A stretch of 64,000 nucleotides of DNA from Octopus vulgaris (lineage: Eukaryota): NCBI GenBank assembly GCA_951406725.2, contig OX597815.1, forward strand, positions 108,438,001 to 108,502,000. Reading direction: 5' to 3'. Below are positions 24,272-37,078 of the stretch, piece by piece. A program made the position numbers and the translations under genes. Numbering within the stretch: position 1 is the stretch's first letter; each line of letters begins with the position of its first letter. The notes under the pieces are model-generated. The model worked only from the letters and a program-made list of their open reading frames with translations, was not told the origin of the DNA and did not search any database.

Positions 24272-24340
24272 AATGCATTCCCTCTTTCTCTCTCTCATGC
24301 ATAAATGCATTTTCCCTCTCTCTTTCACACACACACACCC
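23840..24340. repeat. Higher-order minisatellite [(CA)n-AATGCATT-(CT)n]
   Basis: About 12 units, each with an aaatgcattc/aaatggattc core between CA and CT runs. Confidence 0.9.
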
Positions 24341-24717
24341 ACATGTATATCAATACCATCTTCATCATCATCATCGACATTGGCGATGATGATGAAGATT
24401 GGCAGACTACATGGAGCTACCAAAGAATAGGTCTGTGTTAGTTCTATTTATTTGAAGTTTTAAAGAAATTACTTGGTTTTGGTATAATGAAATGGTTATC
24501 TCATTCATGTTTATGATGGAAAAATAAACAATTTATCATCAAACATTTTTGTGCATTTCTGTAGTAAAAACTTTTTTACGCATGTAATAATATGGGTTTG
24601 TCTAGCCTATACCCCACCCCAAGAATTATGAATATGGTTTTGAAAATTTTGTAAACAACAGCATAAATTTTAGAGAAAAGAAAAACTTCTAAATAAAATA
24701 AAATGTAAATAATAACA

Positions 24718-24787
24718 ATGGCGGTGCCCCAGCATGGCCACAGCTCATTAGCTGAAACTGGAAAAATCAAAATCAAATCAAAATCAT
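24718..24787 (+). mobile_element. CR1-like 3' terminal stem-loop and tail
   Basis: atggcggtgccccagcatggccacagctcattagctgaaac followed by (aaatc)n; matches 21434-21475. Confidence 0.65.
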
Positions 24788-24939
24788 ATAAACAATCACC
24801 AAAGTGTGTACTATACAGAAATTATATGTCAAGTTTACTAACAACAACTAATAACTTGAAGATGGTCACAAAAGCAATAAATCTTTTACCAATGTTGTTT
24901 ACCAAAACAAACTTCTGAACATGAGTAAACTTTCAGAAA

Positions 24940-24969
24940 ATAATAGTAGTAGTAGTAATAATAATAATG

Positions 24970-25035
<66 letters not shown>

Positions 25036-25185
25036 TCATGGTTGTGATGCATGTGCCTGGTGTACTCTTATCAGATGGGCAGTCATGATGAGTATACTGG
25101 GCTTCGTATATTTTACCCCGGTGTCACTTTGATGGCATGCACTGCTCTCTCATCCAATAATAATAATAATAATAATGATAATAAT
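24940..25185. repeat. (TAA)n tract interrupted by a ~120-bp insert (25036-25155)
   Basis: Directly visible. Confidence 0.85.
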
Positions 25186-25189
25186 TTTT

Positions 25190-25415
25190 TTTTTTCTTTA
25201 CTGCCCACAAGGGGCTAAACATAGACAGGACAGAGAAAGGGATTAAGTCGATTACATCGACCCCAGTGCGAAACTGGTACTTTATTTTTATCGACCCCGA
25301 AAGGATGAAAGGCAAAGTTGACCTCAACTGAATTTGAACTCAGAACGTAATGGCAGACGAAATACCGCTAAGCATTTCGCCTGGCGCGCTAACGTTTCTG
25401 CCAGCTCGCCGCCTT
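25190..25415 (-). mobile_element. SINE family B, CpG-rich (probably young) copy
   Basis: Reverse complement aaggcggcgagctggcagaaacgttagc...gagttcaaattc...ggggtcgataaa. Confidence 0.85.
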
Positions 25416-25979
25416 TATAATAATGATGATGATGATGATGCTGATGCTGATGATGATGATGATGATGACGACGACGACGACGGCGACGGCGGCGGTGGTG
25501 ATGATGATGATTTGGGACAGATATTTCATGAAATTTTCTGGTTCTGCTTCATGATTTTATCAAAGATGATACTGTATATTCATTCAGTAGTTTTTACATC
25601 AAGTTCTTAATGTGCTTAATGTCTTATATTCTTATCCCTTACCTCAACTTTAAATATTTTTGTCTTCTCCATCCTCTTGTTTTTTTTTTTTAACCACTTT
25701 GTTGTATGTTTTATTTGTATGTATGAGCCCTTTTAAACAAACTTACCTACTGTCTATTTTGTCATGCCCCAGTCCCTGTCCAACCAGACTGGAATGTCTG
25801 CTTTTCCTCTTCTTCTGAAAAGAATATGCTCCACTGGTCAGACGGGTCATCTTTTTCCAGCATCCCATGGAAGGTGAGATTGGCATCGGTGGTTGTATAT
25901 GTACAGGTACATGCTGAAGTTATACCAAATGCAATGTGTTCTGGACACCGAGCAGATGTGACTCCACAACTGCTCAAAG

Positions 25980-26110
25980 TCTTTAGAGGCAACTGCAGCT
26001 GCATCAATCCATGTCCTCCATCCTTTTGTGGGATGTATAATCTGTCTATTCCTGCTTTTGAGTGATGTATGAAGGGCATTGGGAAAATCTTGTGAATTTT
26101 TGTCAGCAGT
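25980..26110 (-). pseudogene. R4/Dong-like LINE fragment
   Basis: HHSKAGIDRLYIPQKDGGHGLMQL resembles the post-RT RLY..R..GG.GL motif of RLE-type LINEs. Confidence 0.65.
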
Positions 26111-26405
26111 TGTTGAGGGATCGGGAGTTGTGATGTTTTGCTGTATTTGAGAAGCCTCATGCTAAGTAAAATCGCAATCATCCATACATACGGGCTTGTC
26201 CTTTACAGGTTCCAGTGCCACATAAAATGCACTTGTGTCAGTGCCACATAACATGTACATAGCATGCCAGTGCTGCATAAATGCACCCATGCCAGTGACA
26301 TTTAAAAACCACCCAGCACACTCTGTAAAGTAGTTGGTGTTAGAAGGGGCATCCACCCATACAAGCCATGTGCAACGGACCTTGTGCATAAATCAGAAAC
26401 ATTTA

Positions 26406-26610
26406 AGGCAATGAGCTGGTAGAATCATTATGGTATCACGAAGAATGTCTTGCAGTATTTATTCTGTCTCTTTACATTTTAAGTTCAAATCCTGCTGAGA
26501 TGAATTTTATATTTCATTGGTTTGAGGGTTGGTAAAATAAAGTACTAATCAAGTACTTGAGTTATGGTATTCACTAGTCCTTTTCCTTTACAATTGATGG
26601 CCTTGTACTT
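26406..26610 (+). mobile_element. Degenerate SINE family B
   Basis: aaggcaatgagctggtagaatc...aagttcaaatcc. Confidence 0.6.
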
Positions 26611-26619
26611 TAATTAGCA

Positions 26620-26768
26620 TTCTTCTTCTTCTTCTTCTTCTTCTTCTTCTTCTTCTTCTTCTTCTTCTTCTTCTTCTTCTTCTTCTTCTTCTTCTTCTTC
26701 TTCTTCTTCTTCTTCTTCTTCTTCTTCTTCTTCTTCTTCTTCTTCTTCTTCTTCTTCTTCTTCTTCTT

Positions 26769-26798
<30 letters not shown>
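26620..26798. repeat. Pure (TTC)~59 tract
   Basis: Directly visible. Confidence 0.97.
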
Positions 26799-26799
<1 letters not shown>

Positions 26800-26908
26800 A
26801 GAGACATGCTCAACTTGTTAGGGTCAATCAACTGACATGCAAACCTTTGATACTGAGCAGAATATCTGATTATTATTATTATTATTATTATTATTATCAT
26901 CATTATCA

Positions 26909-26963
<55 letters not shown>

Positions 26964-26965
26964 CA

Positions 26966-27915
26966 TTACATGTTGGACTTTTGCTTTGTGTTTGTACAAG
27001 TCGACTCCAAGTCTCACCCAGAGACTTTAAGAGATACTGAGTTAGAAGTTCAAGTTGGTATTATGCCTAGGATGCCATATATTTGGTTTTCTACATAGTA
27101 TTGTTCTAGAGAGTGTTTATAAAAACATAAAAATATTATAAGTTTGTTTTAAAATTTGGGATTACATAGACAGTATTTTATGTAGGATACGGACAGTAAT
27201 CATGAGCACTATCTTTTTCTGCCATTTTGGGGTTTCCTGGTATCTGAGCTAGGTAGGAATCAACCCCTTTTGCTATCATTCCTATGACAACAGGTATTGT
27301 TTTAGTCTTAAGGTTACACATTTTGCCAATTTCTATTTCAAAGTCTTTATACTTACTCAGTTTTTGGTAGGTCTTGCCAGATATATTTATGTTAATTGGG
27401 ACAGGAAGAGTTATGATTTTTGTCTGAAATCGATGAGTACATATGATTTTTGTCTGAAATCCTTCAGTATTACATCTGGCCTAATTGTATCTGTCTTTCT
27501 GCCAGTTTGAACAGTGAAGTTCCAGAGGAGTGAGATATGATCATTTTCAAGCATTGAGATGGTTTGTGTTCCCACCAATTTTAATCATGGGGCATGTCCA
27601 GGTTTTTGCAAATTACCCAATGAATTACCCAACGTCTGTTGAAATACTCTGTAGGCACAAGAAGACTGCACATAGAAACTACATGATCAATGGTTTCATT
27701 TTGTTGTTTATATATATGACATGTTGGGCTACTGCTGTTCTTTAATATGTTGACCTGATAGTTCCTTGTAGGTAGGCATTGATCTTGGGCTGCTATGATA
27801 AACCCTTCTGTTCCTGATTTTAAGCCAGAAGACTCTAACCATTGATGAGTAAGGGCTCTGTCTACAGCAGCATTATTAGCTTTCTTTTGGTAATTTGACA
27901 TTGAGAGATTTTTCT
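26966..27915 (-). pseudogene. 3' portion of R4/Dong-like LINE (Zn-knuckle and restriction-like endonuclease region, 3' UTR)
   Basis: WLESSGLKSGTEGFIIAAQDQCLPTRNY, C....ETIDHVVSMC, RPDVILKD; 3' end runs directly into (TAA)n. Confidence 0.8.
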
Positions 27916-27925
27916 TGCTAATTAT

Positions 27926-27969
<44 letters not shown>

Positions 27970-28499
27970 TTATTATTATTATCATTATTATTGTTATTAT
28001 CCTTATGTTGTTGTTGTTTTTGCTTTTACCATCATTTAGAAGCAGAGACCATATATTTTTTTTCATAATTTTAAGTTTTCAAATAAATGTAGGAATAAAA
28101 TAAAGAACTTCTTTTTAAAATTAATATAAGTCAGCAACAATACATCATTAGAAGAAACTACTTTCAATTCTAGCTTCTGATAGCAGAAAAGATTTGTTAT
28201 GTGTCTCTTCATTATTGACTGTGTGACGTTTGGTGTTTTTCATGATTGACTTGTTTGGTTGCAAAGTTGCTAGAAGAAAATATGCAAAGAATAAGAGAGA
28301 GGAGGTGGAGAGGAAGAGAGAGAGGGAGAGAGAAAGAGGAGTAAGAGAGAGTAAGAGAGAGAGAGAGATACAAGTGGCTAAATTAATTTTAGTGTCTATT
28401 CTATGATTGTTCATTCTTGAAGATTATTGAAGATTATTGTGCTTGCTATGGTGACCATTTGATGTACGTAGATTATGATATTACTTTCATTCTTGAATA

Positions 28500-28632
28500 A
28501 TCTAAGTTCAGTAGCCATTGTTTGTTCTTGATGGGTTGGCATATGGCTTGTTGTTCAAATAGACTTGAAGATGAAACTGAATTAACACATTAGACATTGC
28601 AGGTGTAAATTTATTATCAATAAGTAATCCTT
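28500..28632. repeat. Dispersed repeat, diverged copy at 30405-30535
   Basis: cagtagccattgttt.tctt..tgggttgg.atatggcttgttg.tcaaata shared between the two. Confidence 0.8.
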
Positions 28633-29032
28633 CTGTTATTTTTTCCTACATTTTTTTAGAAAATTTTGATTATCAAGCAGGAAGCTGACTTAACAGCAAG
28701 ACATGTTTCAATATAAGGTTCAACAGGATTAATTCATCTGTATGAATGTTTATATTCATAGACAATTTATTTTGTATGGTCAAGAATGTGTGTGTGTATG
28801 TGTGTACGTGTATGTGTGTGTGATAGCCAGCTAGATTAGAAGATTTTTTTTTGCAATCATAAGATCTTGTGAGTGAAATTAAGTATATATACCTTGTGTA
28901 GAAGCCTGTCTCATGGATTGCATCTAGAACTGAAATAGCCAGCTTTGTTGCAGATTTTATCATGCTTATTTTACCTAAATATTATGTTAAAGATAAGTAT
29001 TTTAGTGGAATACTTAATCATTTATGCATATA

Positions 29033-29236
29033 GAGGGTAGCCTAAAATTAGGTTTACAGTTATTCAGCTATCTCTTTCGCATTCATATATTAACAGTTTA
29101 GATCTTAATTATATGAAACCATTATTCTATGCTAATTTAGTTAATTGTAAGATAGAAATTTAAATATAATAAAATGTTTTAAAAGAAATTTAAAGTGCCT
29201 ACGTAATAACTGTAACCTTACTTTTGGGCCACCTAG
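29033..29236. mobile_element. Tc1/mariner-type MITE (~200 bp)
   Basis: Imperfect TIRs gagggtagcctaaaattaggtttacagttatt and aataactgtaaccttacttttgggccacctag; TA before the left end. Confidence 0.6.
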
Positions 29237-29413
29237 CACATATGTGAATTCCTGAAAACCTATTGTACTATTACACAAATCAATTCACTCGCCTCCTTCC
29301 TTGGTATTAGTGGTAGCAGCAATATATATATGTGTGTGTGTATGTGTATATATATATCAATATCTATATTTGGCTTGTTTTTACTTCACATTGTTCTGGC
29401 CTTACCCACGATC

Positions 29414-29416
<3 letters not shown>

Positions 29417-29462
<46 letters not shown>

Positions 29463-29474
29463 TAGATAGATAGG

Positions 29475-29541
<67 letters not shown>

Positions 29542-29560
29542 AAAGATAGATAGATAGATG
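29417..29560. repeat. (TA)n(GATA)n microsatellite
   Basis: Directly visible. Confidence 0.95.
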
Positions 29561-29871
29561 GGTTTAAGAGACAGAATCAGCATCAAGCAACTCAATTATC
29601 ATTGAACGACATTATCCATGATAGGTATATTTTAGTACCACTAAATTGAACTTCTCTCCCCTGTGGACTCAGAAATAACTTCCCTAATATTAATGTTAAT
29701 TATATATATATATATATAAGAGAGATTGTGGTAATGCCAGAACAATGCAAAATAAAAGCAAGGCAGATCACAAGAAAAGAAATATATGAATTAATGTAGA
29801 TTTACCTTGCATTCAATATTTCATCGTCAAGAAATTAAGAAATGCTTCAAATGTGCATATATATATATATA

Positions 29872-29911
<40 letters not shown>

Positions 29912-30094
29912 GTAAATGAGCAATGGAAGATGGATGATACAAGAATTTTTATTAATTACTACAATTGTATCTAGCATTGATATACATACATACGGACATA
30001 CACACACACATACATACATACATACATACATACATACATACATACATACATACATACAAACACACACACATACATACATTTATACTGTGTGTGT

Positions 30095-30125
<31 letters not shown>

Positions 30126-30624
30126 AATTAGGGAGAGAGGGAAAATACCTGAGTGATGTTCTTCATACTAAATACGAATACAGTAGAATCCCACATCTGT
30201 AATATAGGGAGTTGAGGAGGTTCAGTTATTTGAGTTTAATGGAGCAATCAGGGTGTGTAAATCTAAACAACAGTAAACAAAGAAGGTAGCTCCTATAAGA
30301 CACATTACATAAATTTGCCCCAGGTATAATATACCTGAGAAAAAATGGCAATTTTTCATGGCCGTAGCACTTTCGATCTTAGACCTACTCAGAGCCAATG
30401 TTCCAAGTCCAGTAGCCATTGTTTGGTCTTAGTGGGTTGGTATATGGCTTGTTGCTCAAATAAACATGAAGAGGAAACTGAATTTGTGCATTAGATATTG
30501 CGGGTGCAAAATTATTATCAATAAGTAGCCCTTGATAAGCGGTACAAACCCATCAAAAACAATAGATATTATGACTGCAATAAAAATAACAATGTCAAGA
30601 ATTACAATATTTGTTGTGATAAAT

Positions 30625-30980
30625 CCAAGCACCAAACGAGCGTGATCATTACCAGCATCACCTAACTAGCACATGAAAAAATATTTGAGCGAGGTTGTTA
30701 CCAGTGCTGCTGGACTGGCTCCTGTGCAGGTGGCTTGTAAAAAACACCATTTGAGCATGGCCATTGCCAGTAATGCTTGACTGGCCCTCGTGCCAGTAGC
30801 ATGTAAAAGCACCAACTACACTCTCGGAGTGGTTGGTGTTAGAAAGGGCATCTAGCTGTAGAAACTCTGCCAGATCAGATTGGAGCCTAGTGCAGCCATC
30901 TGGTTCGCCAGTCTCAGTCAAATCGTCCAACCCATGCCAGCATGGAATGTGGACGTTAAACGATGAGGATGATGATGATT
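30625..30980 (+). mobile_element. RTE-type 3' UTR fragment
   Basis: Tandem sub-repeats and ggacgttaaacgatga tail. Confidence 0.78.
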
Positions 30981-32849
30981 GTTTCTATTGTATGATATTT
31001 CTAACGAATTGCTGTGTCCGTGGCCTATTTCAAGGCTTCTACTGTTGGTAAGAGGAAAGAGGTTTCCCTCAAACCAATGGTCTGGTTTAAATGCTTTTAA
31101 CAGTGTATGCTCTGTTAAAGGTACTTATGAGACAGGTGTGGTGTTAAATCAGATGGCAAATTAAGTCTACTCCCTACCAACCCCAGCAGCAACAGTAGCA
31201 ATGAGAAATATAGCTATGAGGGAAATAGTAGCAATAATGGAAATAACAGTAAGGGTGTTGGCTACAGTAGCAAGAACAACAATAACACAAGTTGAACATT
31301 CAATAAAAAACAGATATTGCCCTTGGCATAATGCTTTTCAAATGTGTTTAATAAAAAAATAAATGATCTTTAGCAGCATGAACTGTAATCACTAGCACAT
31401 CCTGAATTGGCACCTTCATTTCATTCAATAGTATTAAACACACAAGAAGTACACATTCTAAGGAAACTAACTGTTTACATATCTTACTATACTTAATGAT
31501 ATTAAACTGTTGCAACCACTACACTTGCAATTGAAATTAATTTACACTGTGAGAATCTTTGATTAAAAATGCACATCTTTTGCATATCCAAGATTGCATC
31601 ACAGAGCCAGGACATACTTAACCTCTCAAAGTTGCTAACTTTGTACCAGATTCAAATAACTCCTACACCATGCTTTCCAAATCATGTAACCACTTGTAAA
31701 ATGTGTATAATGCAAAACTTCATTCTTGAACTGAGTTATCCTGGAACATACTCTTCTCTTATTCAAACTGACTAATTATCACATAAATTTTATTCATTTA
31801 TCTCCATTCCAAACACTAGATTATACTGTCCTCTTTAAACTTAGTAGTTATAAAGAGCATTAAAACTAATGAATATAATTTCATTCACAATATTAACAAC
31901 AGTATTATAAGAAGGTCATGCTCCCTGATCAAAGATAACTAGACAAAATTTTACTTGAGCTTGATGTTCAAAAAAGATAAATGTACACTTTGCATAACAG
32001 GATACCCATTAAATATTTGAAATGAGATGGAATCACACTTAATACATTTATGTCCTTGAAAGAATCAGGTAGGCAGAGGCTGAGAAACAGCAAAAGGTAT
32101 AAATATTCAAAAGTATCAATATGACCTTCAACATAGAGGTTGACATGAGAATTCGTACTGCTGTAGTGTGACTTTCAGATAAATATATGCTTATCTTTCA
32201 TTAAATGAATGTAAAGCATTAATCACTGTTAGTAAGATACTGTCTTGAGACAACCAAGAAATGGAAAATTTTCACACTATTGACTTTACTGTACAGAAAA
32301 TTTACTCACTGGCCATTGAGAAAGGCCTTCAATCATGATTGCTCAAAGTCATATTCTTAATTTGATAGAGATACCATACAATATGTTACATTAAACCCCC
32401 ACTTGACTAGGGCTCAAAAGATCGATAACTGTGTATGAAGGTGATGTTGATTAGGTTGGTCAAAAGGTACAAAGGTACAGAAGCAAAGCTTTACCAAAAC
32501 AAATTAACTGGTTGGTATTTTCTTAAAGGATTTGAGAGCTAGTTTACACCACACAGGACCATGCTTGATCAGAAGAAACAGAGAATGAGATGAAGTATTT
32601 AAAAAGAGCTGAGACAAATATACATTTGAATAATCCAGAAGAGACAGCAAATTCTGACATCAATGAGTGATTTGTGCTTGAGAATATCAAATAGTAAGTA
32701 ATTTCTAGAAAGAGAGGTTTTTATGAAGAGCATGATATTATGTTATGATATTAAACTGATTATCATAATTCTTCTATGAGGTAACAGTTTCAGTTTCAAT
32801 ATGATCTTAAATCAAATCACCTGCCAAGTAAGTACAATTCTAAGAAAAA

Positions 32850-32850
32850 A

Positions 32851-32919
<69 letters not shown>

Positions 32920-32923
32920 CATC

Positions 32924-32983
<60 letters not shown>

Positions 32984-33077
32984 AGGCAGTCAGCTGGCAG
33001 AGTCATTAGCACACTAGACAAAATGCTTAGCAGCATTTCATCAAATTCTGCACAGGTTGACTTAGCCTTTCATCCTC
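32850..33077 (+). mobile_element. (TTA)n tract followed by a partial SINE family B
   Basis: aaggcagtcagctggcagagtcattagcac directly follows (TTA)n. Confidence 0.65.
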
Positions 33078-33091
33078 TCTGGTATTATTCC

Positions 33092-34860
33092 TCCATTAAG
33101 GCAATCCTGAAGTTGTTTCTCCAGCCTCCCATGTAAACCACTGAATTTCTTTAGCCAGTACCTTTGAACTAAATCTGGCCCTTCTAATTTGGCATTTTTC
33201 TTAACACTTTACTCATTAATTCACTAGTTAATCTTAGATCTGGCTGCTTCTCACTCATTACTTCGTCCCTCACTTTCTTTAACCATACTGCATCTCCATT
33301 ATGATTGACTGGTTTATCTCAAATATTACTCCAGAACTTTCTAGCTTCCACTGCATTAGGTTTCTCCTCTTCAGTACTTCATTCTCCACTATTTATTTGG
33401 TTTTAAAATCTCCTCTGATCTGTTTCAAATAATTTATTCTGTTGATATTGATCTATTCATTTCTAATATCTGGAGAGCTTGGCTGCTACTGTTGTGATAT
33501 GCTGTTTCAACCCTCCTATTACTGTCTTGAATCCTTTCTCTTTGACTAAGTATCTTGTCTCAAGGCAAGATTTGCTTCTTGTGTTTCCTAACTTGTTTGT
33601 TTTCCAGGATTCTATTCAACTTAGGTCTTGTCTTAAGTTATTCACTTTATTTTGTAGTCTCCTTTTCCACATTTGCTCTTTTTTAATCCTTCTCTGTGAG
33701 ATATCTAATCTTTTGGTGACTTCTACTCCTCCTGCATAGGTCTATATTTTTAGTATCTATCCTACTGATAACAAAATCTATTTTCCTAGTCATTTCTTGT
33801 AGCTTCCTTCTGTTGGTGTCTTTTAATGCTAGCAATCTTTTTCTTACTTCTTTACTCATTGCTTCCTGCAACTCATCTAAAATCTTCTGATCTTTCTCAT
33901 TTAAATCACTTAAGTCACTGGTGCCAGTCGTCCCTTCCTTATTGGTAGTGCTATTATTATTTTCCCTTTAGGTTCTTCATTGGTTTGATCTGTATCTCTT
34001 ATGTTGTTGTTTGTCTTTCCTACTACCTGGTCTTCCTTTTCCAGCTCTCCTGTGATCTCTTCTACCTCTAATTCTGTCATCCACTTTCTTCTCCAAATAG
34101 TATTAGCTTGATCAACTAATCTCTGCTCAGTTACTTTAAACATATCCTTCTCTGTCCAAAGTGTTAACATCCATTTTCTAAAACCTTTTCTTTTAGGTTC
34201 ACTTTCTAAGTAGCACTGTATCTCTATCTTGTTTTCTTTGCTGGTCCACTTCCTCCTACTTGTTCTGTTATCTGCTGATGCTGTATTACGATGACAGCTG
34301 TGGTCAGTTTGCATCTTTACTGATCCACTGCCGAGGGAAATGCCATCTCTTAAAGGTCTTGTTTCATCTTCGTTGTTACAACCAGAGTTCTTCAGAAACT
34401 CCTGTCTCTCATAAACTGAGGTAAGGTAACATTCGTCACCATCGTCATCACCACTATTACTTTTCAACGGCTGAAAGTTTCAAGTAACTTTCTATTGCTT
34501 CATTTGTTACAACTTTGTGCTGGTAGGGTGTGCTGCATTTTTTTGTTGGAGAGAATATTGTATTGTATTAGTACATTTTGTCATGGGGTTTTGTTTGAGT
34601 CTTCTGTTGTATTAGTTTTTATATTGTGTTGTTTGTGTAGGATAAGTTGTGTTCTTGTCGGGTTTTGGCATTCTGTGGCACATGTTGTGAGTTTTGTTCA
34701 TTTTGTTGGGTATTTACAGTATGAGTTTATTCTCATATGATTTTGGAGGGGTGATGCACAGTAGTGTCTGTGTGTGTGTAACTCCTAAATCAACTATTTT
34801 ATGGTATTTAAGATTATCCCTCTGTCATTCTTTTGCTTGGTGTTGTTATGGATTCTGTTA
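33092..34860 (-). pseudogene. 5' half of an R4/Dong-like LINE
   Basis: RRKWTSKENKIEIQCY...TEQRLVDQANTIWRRKWMTELEVEEI N-terminal domain; 33092-33865 is homologous to 48535-49315; 5' end abuts (TAA)/(GAA) repeats. Confidence 0.8.
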
Positions 34861-34888
34861 ATTATTATTTCTTCTTCTTCTTCTTCTT

Positions 34889-34919
<31 letters not shown>

Positions 34920-35030
34920 TTATTATTATTATTATTATCATTATTACTATCATTACTATCATTATTATCATTGTTATCATTCTTCTTCTTCTTCTTCTTC
35001 TTATTATTATTATTATTATTATTATTATCA
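34861..35030. repeat. Alternating (TTC)n/(TTA)n blocks
   Basis: Directly visible. Confidence 0.95.
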
Positions 35031-35562
35031 CTTGCATTATCATCTTCTTTTAATTGTTTCCTATCCTTGCCGAGTGCCTTCTTGACACCTAAGGCAGAGA
35101 AATGCACTATATATATTTGTAGACCATTAAAATAATCACACTAGATTGTTCATTTACAAAGTCATGTGATAGAAAAAAGACAGAGAGAAAAAGGAAAAAA
35201 TATTAAATAGAAAAGTAAACAAATAAAATAAAGAGGGAAAAGGGAAACAAAATTCACAGTGATTGTGTTCTTCTCAATAGGTATGATGTACCAGTTAAGA
35301 CAATCTTTTGCACTTTCTGTATGAATGGTAACCCAGGGTTCATTCTTAAATAATTTTCAGTTCCTTTTTTGATCATTCCAAGTGTTCCTACAATCACTGG
35401 CGTTGTAACTGTTTTGAGATGCCATCTTTGCTCCTACTACTGTGTGGTATTATTACTGTTGATTAGTTTTGACTTTTGTCCTGTACTTGAGATAATCATA
35501 AATATGTGAGGATTGGAGGAGAAAGTAGGAAAAAGAAGCAGCTTGATCAAATTCCACAGGTC

Positions 35563-35594
<32 letters not shown>

Positions 35595-35604
35595 CATGAT
35601 TTTT

Positions 35605-35730
35605 AAGGTGCACAATCGTTAGCATGCTGAACAAAATGCATAATGGCATTTCATTCGTTTTTACATTCTGAGTTCAAATTTCACCATGGTCAACTTTACC
35701 TTTCATCCTTTTGGGGCTGATAATATAAGT
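35605..35730 (+). mobile_element. Partial SINE family B after (TTA)n
   Basis: ttctgagttcaaatttcaccatggtcaactttacctttcatcc. Confidence 0.65.
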
Positions 35731-36653
35731 AAATACGATAAAGCACATTTCGCCTTTGACTATTGTACTTTTGTTTTCTAGATGCAAGAAACCCTGGATC
35801 AAATTATCAACTAGTGTCTTATTTGAAGACAGTAAAGTGTGATATAAGGAAGAAGAGGTTGCCATTTATTGTCGATTGACTGATCACATAGAGATTCCCT
35901 TTTTGGCATCGTTACTTGACTGTAGTTCAATCTGGTCTTGTATAATCCACGATGGATTTAATATATACTTTGTACATAACTGTTGCTGTGCAGTGATGGT
36001 GCTAGTGGCAGTAGTGATGTATGCACATAATTAGGAGTGACGACGTAAGTGGTGAAGGTATTGGTGATGGCTTAGATCACAATGTATGTGCGTAGTAGTC
36101 GGTGATATGACATACTTGTTAGCAGTAGTGGTGGTAGTACAGATTACAGTGATGTTACAGTGGTAGTAGTAATGTATGTGTGTAATTGACAGTGACATGT
36201 GCCTGTTAGTTGTTGATTATGGAGGTGGCTATGCTGTGTTTATACAATTGATGATGATGATGATAATAATGTCGGTGACAATGTTGTTCTTGTTCTTGTT
36301 CTTGTTCGGTATTGATTTTTTGTTTTGCTTTCTTTTCCTTTTCTTGCTGCTGTTCCCTACTCATAGTAGTAGTACTGGTGGGTTTCTGTAAGCAGTAATG
36401 GTGAGGATTATGGTAGAGGTGCTGATGGTTGATGTTGCTATTAGTAGTGACAACTCTGTGTGTGTGTGTGTGTCCTTGTTTGTATATATATATATATATA
36501 CACACACACATCCATATGATATATGTAAATATGTGTATATTGTGTATATATATGTATATATATATGCATGTATATAAACATATATATATGTAGGTATGTA
36601 CATATATGTATGTATATATACATATACTTATATCTTATTTATATTATTATCAT

Positions 36654-36689
<36 letters not shown>

Positions 36690-36700
36690 GTATATAATTT

Positions 36701-37078
36701 GGAGGTGCAATAGCCCAGTGGTCAGCGCAGCAGACTCGCAGTCCTAGGATCGTGGTTTCGATTCCCAGACTGAGTGTTGTGAGTGTTTATTGAGCAAAAA
36801 CACCTAAAACTCCATGAGGCTCCGACAGTGGGTGGTGGGGAACCCTTCTATACTCTTTCACCACAGCTTTCTCTCACTCTTTTTTCCTGTTTCTGTTGTA
36901 CCTGTATTTCAAAGGGCCAGCCTTGTCACACTCTGTGTCACGCTGAATCTCCCCAAGAACTATTTAAGGATACACATGTCTGTGGAGTGCTCAGCCACTT
37001 CCACATTAATAAATAAGCAAGCTATTCCGTTGATTGGATCAACTGGAACACTCTCCGTCATAACCGATGGAGTGCCAT
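36701..37078 (+). mobile_element. tRNA-derived SINE, family C
   Basis: tRNA-like head with A-box-like tagcccagtgg and B-box-like ggtttcgattcc; no acceptor stem; TA-rich flanks. Confidence 0.7.

Noticed and set aside
23840-24340. CRISPR-like repeat-spacer appearance
   Set aside because: The repeat core is only ~10 bp, spacers are microsatellites, there are no cas genes, and the context is eukaryotic
36701-36775. Possible tRNA gene
   Set aside because: A and B boxes are present but there is no acceptor stem or clean cloverleaf; it continues into a SINE body
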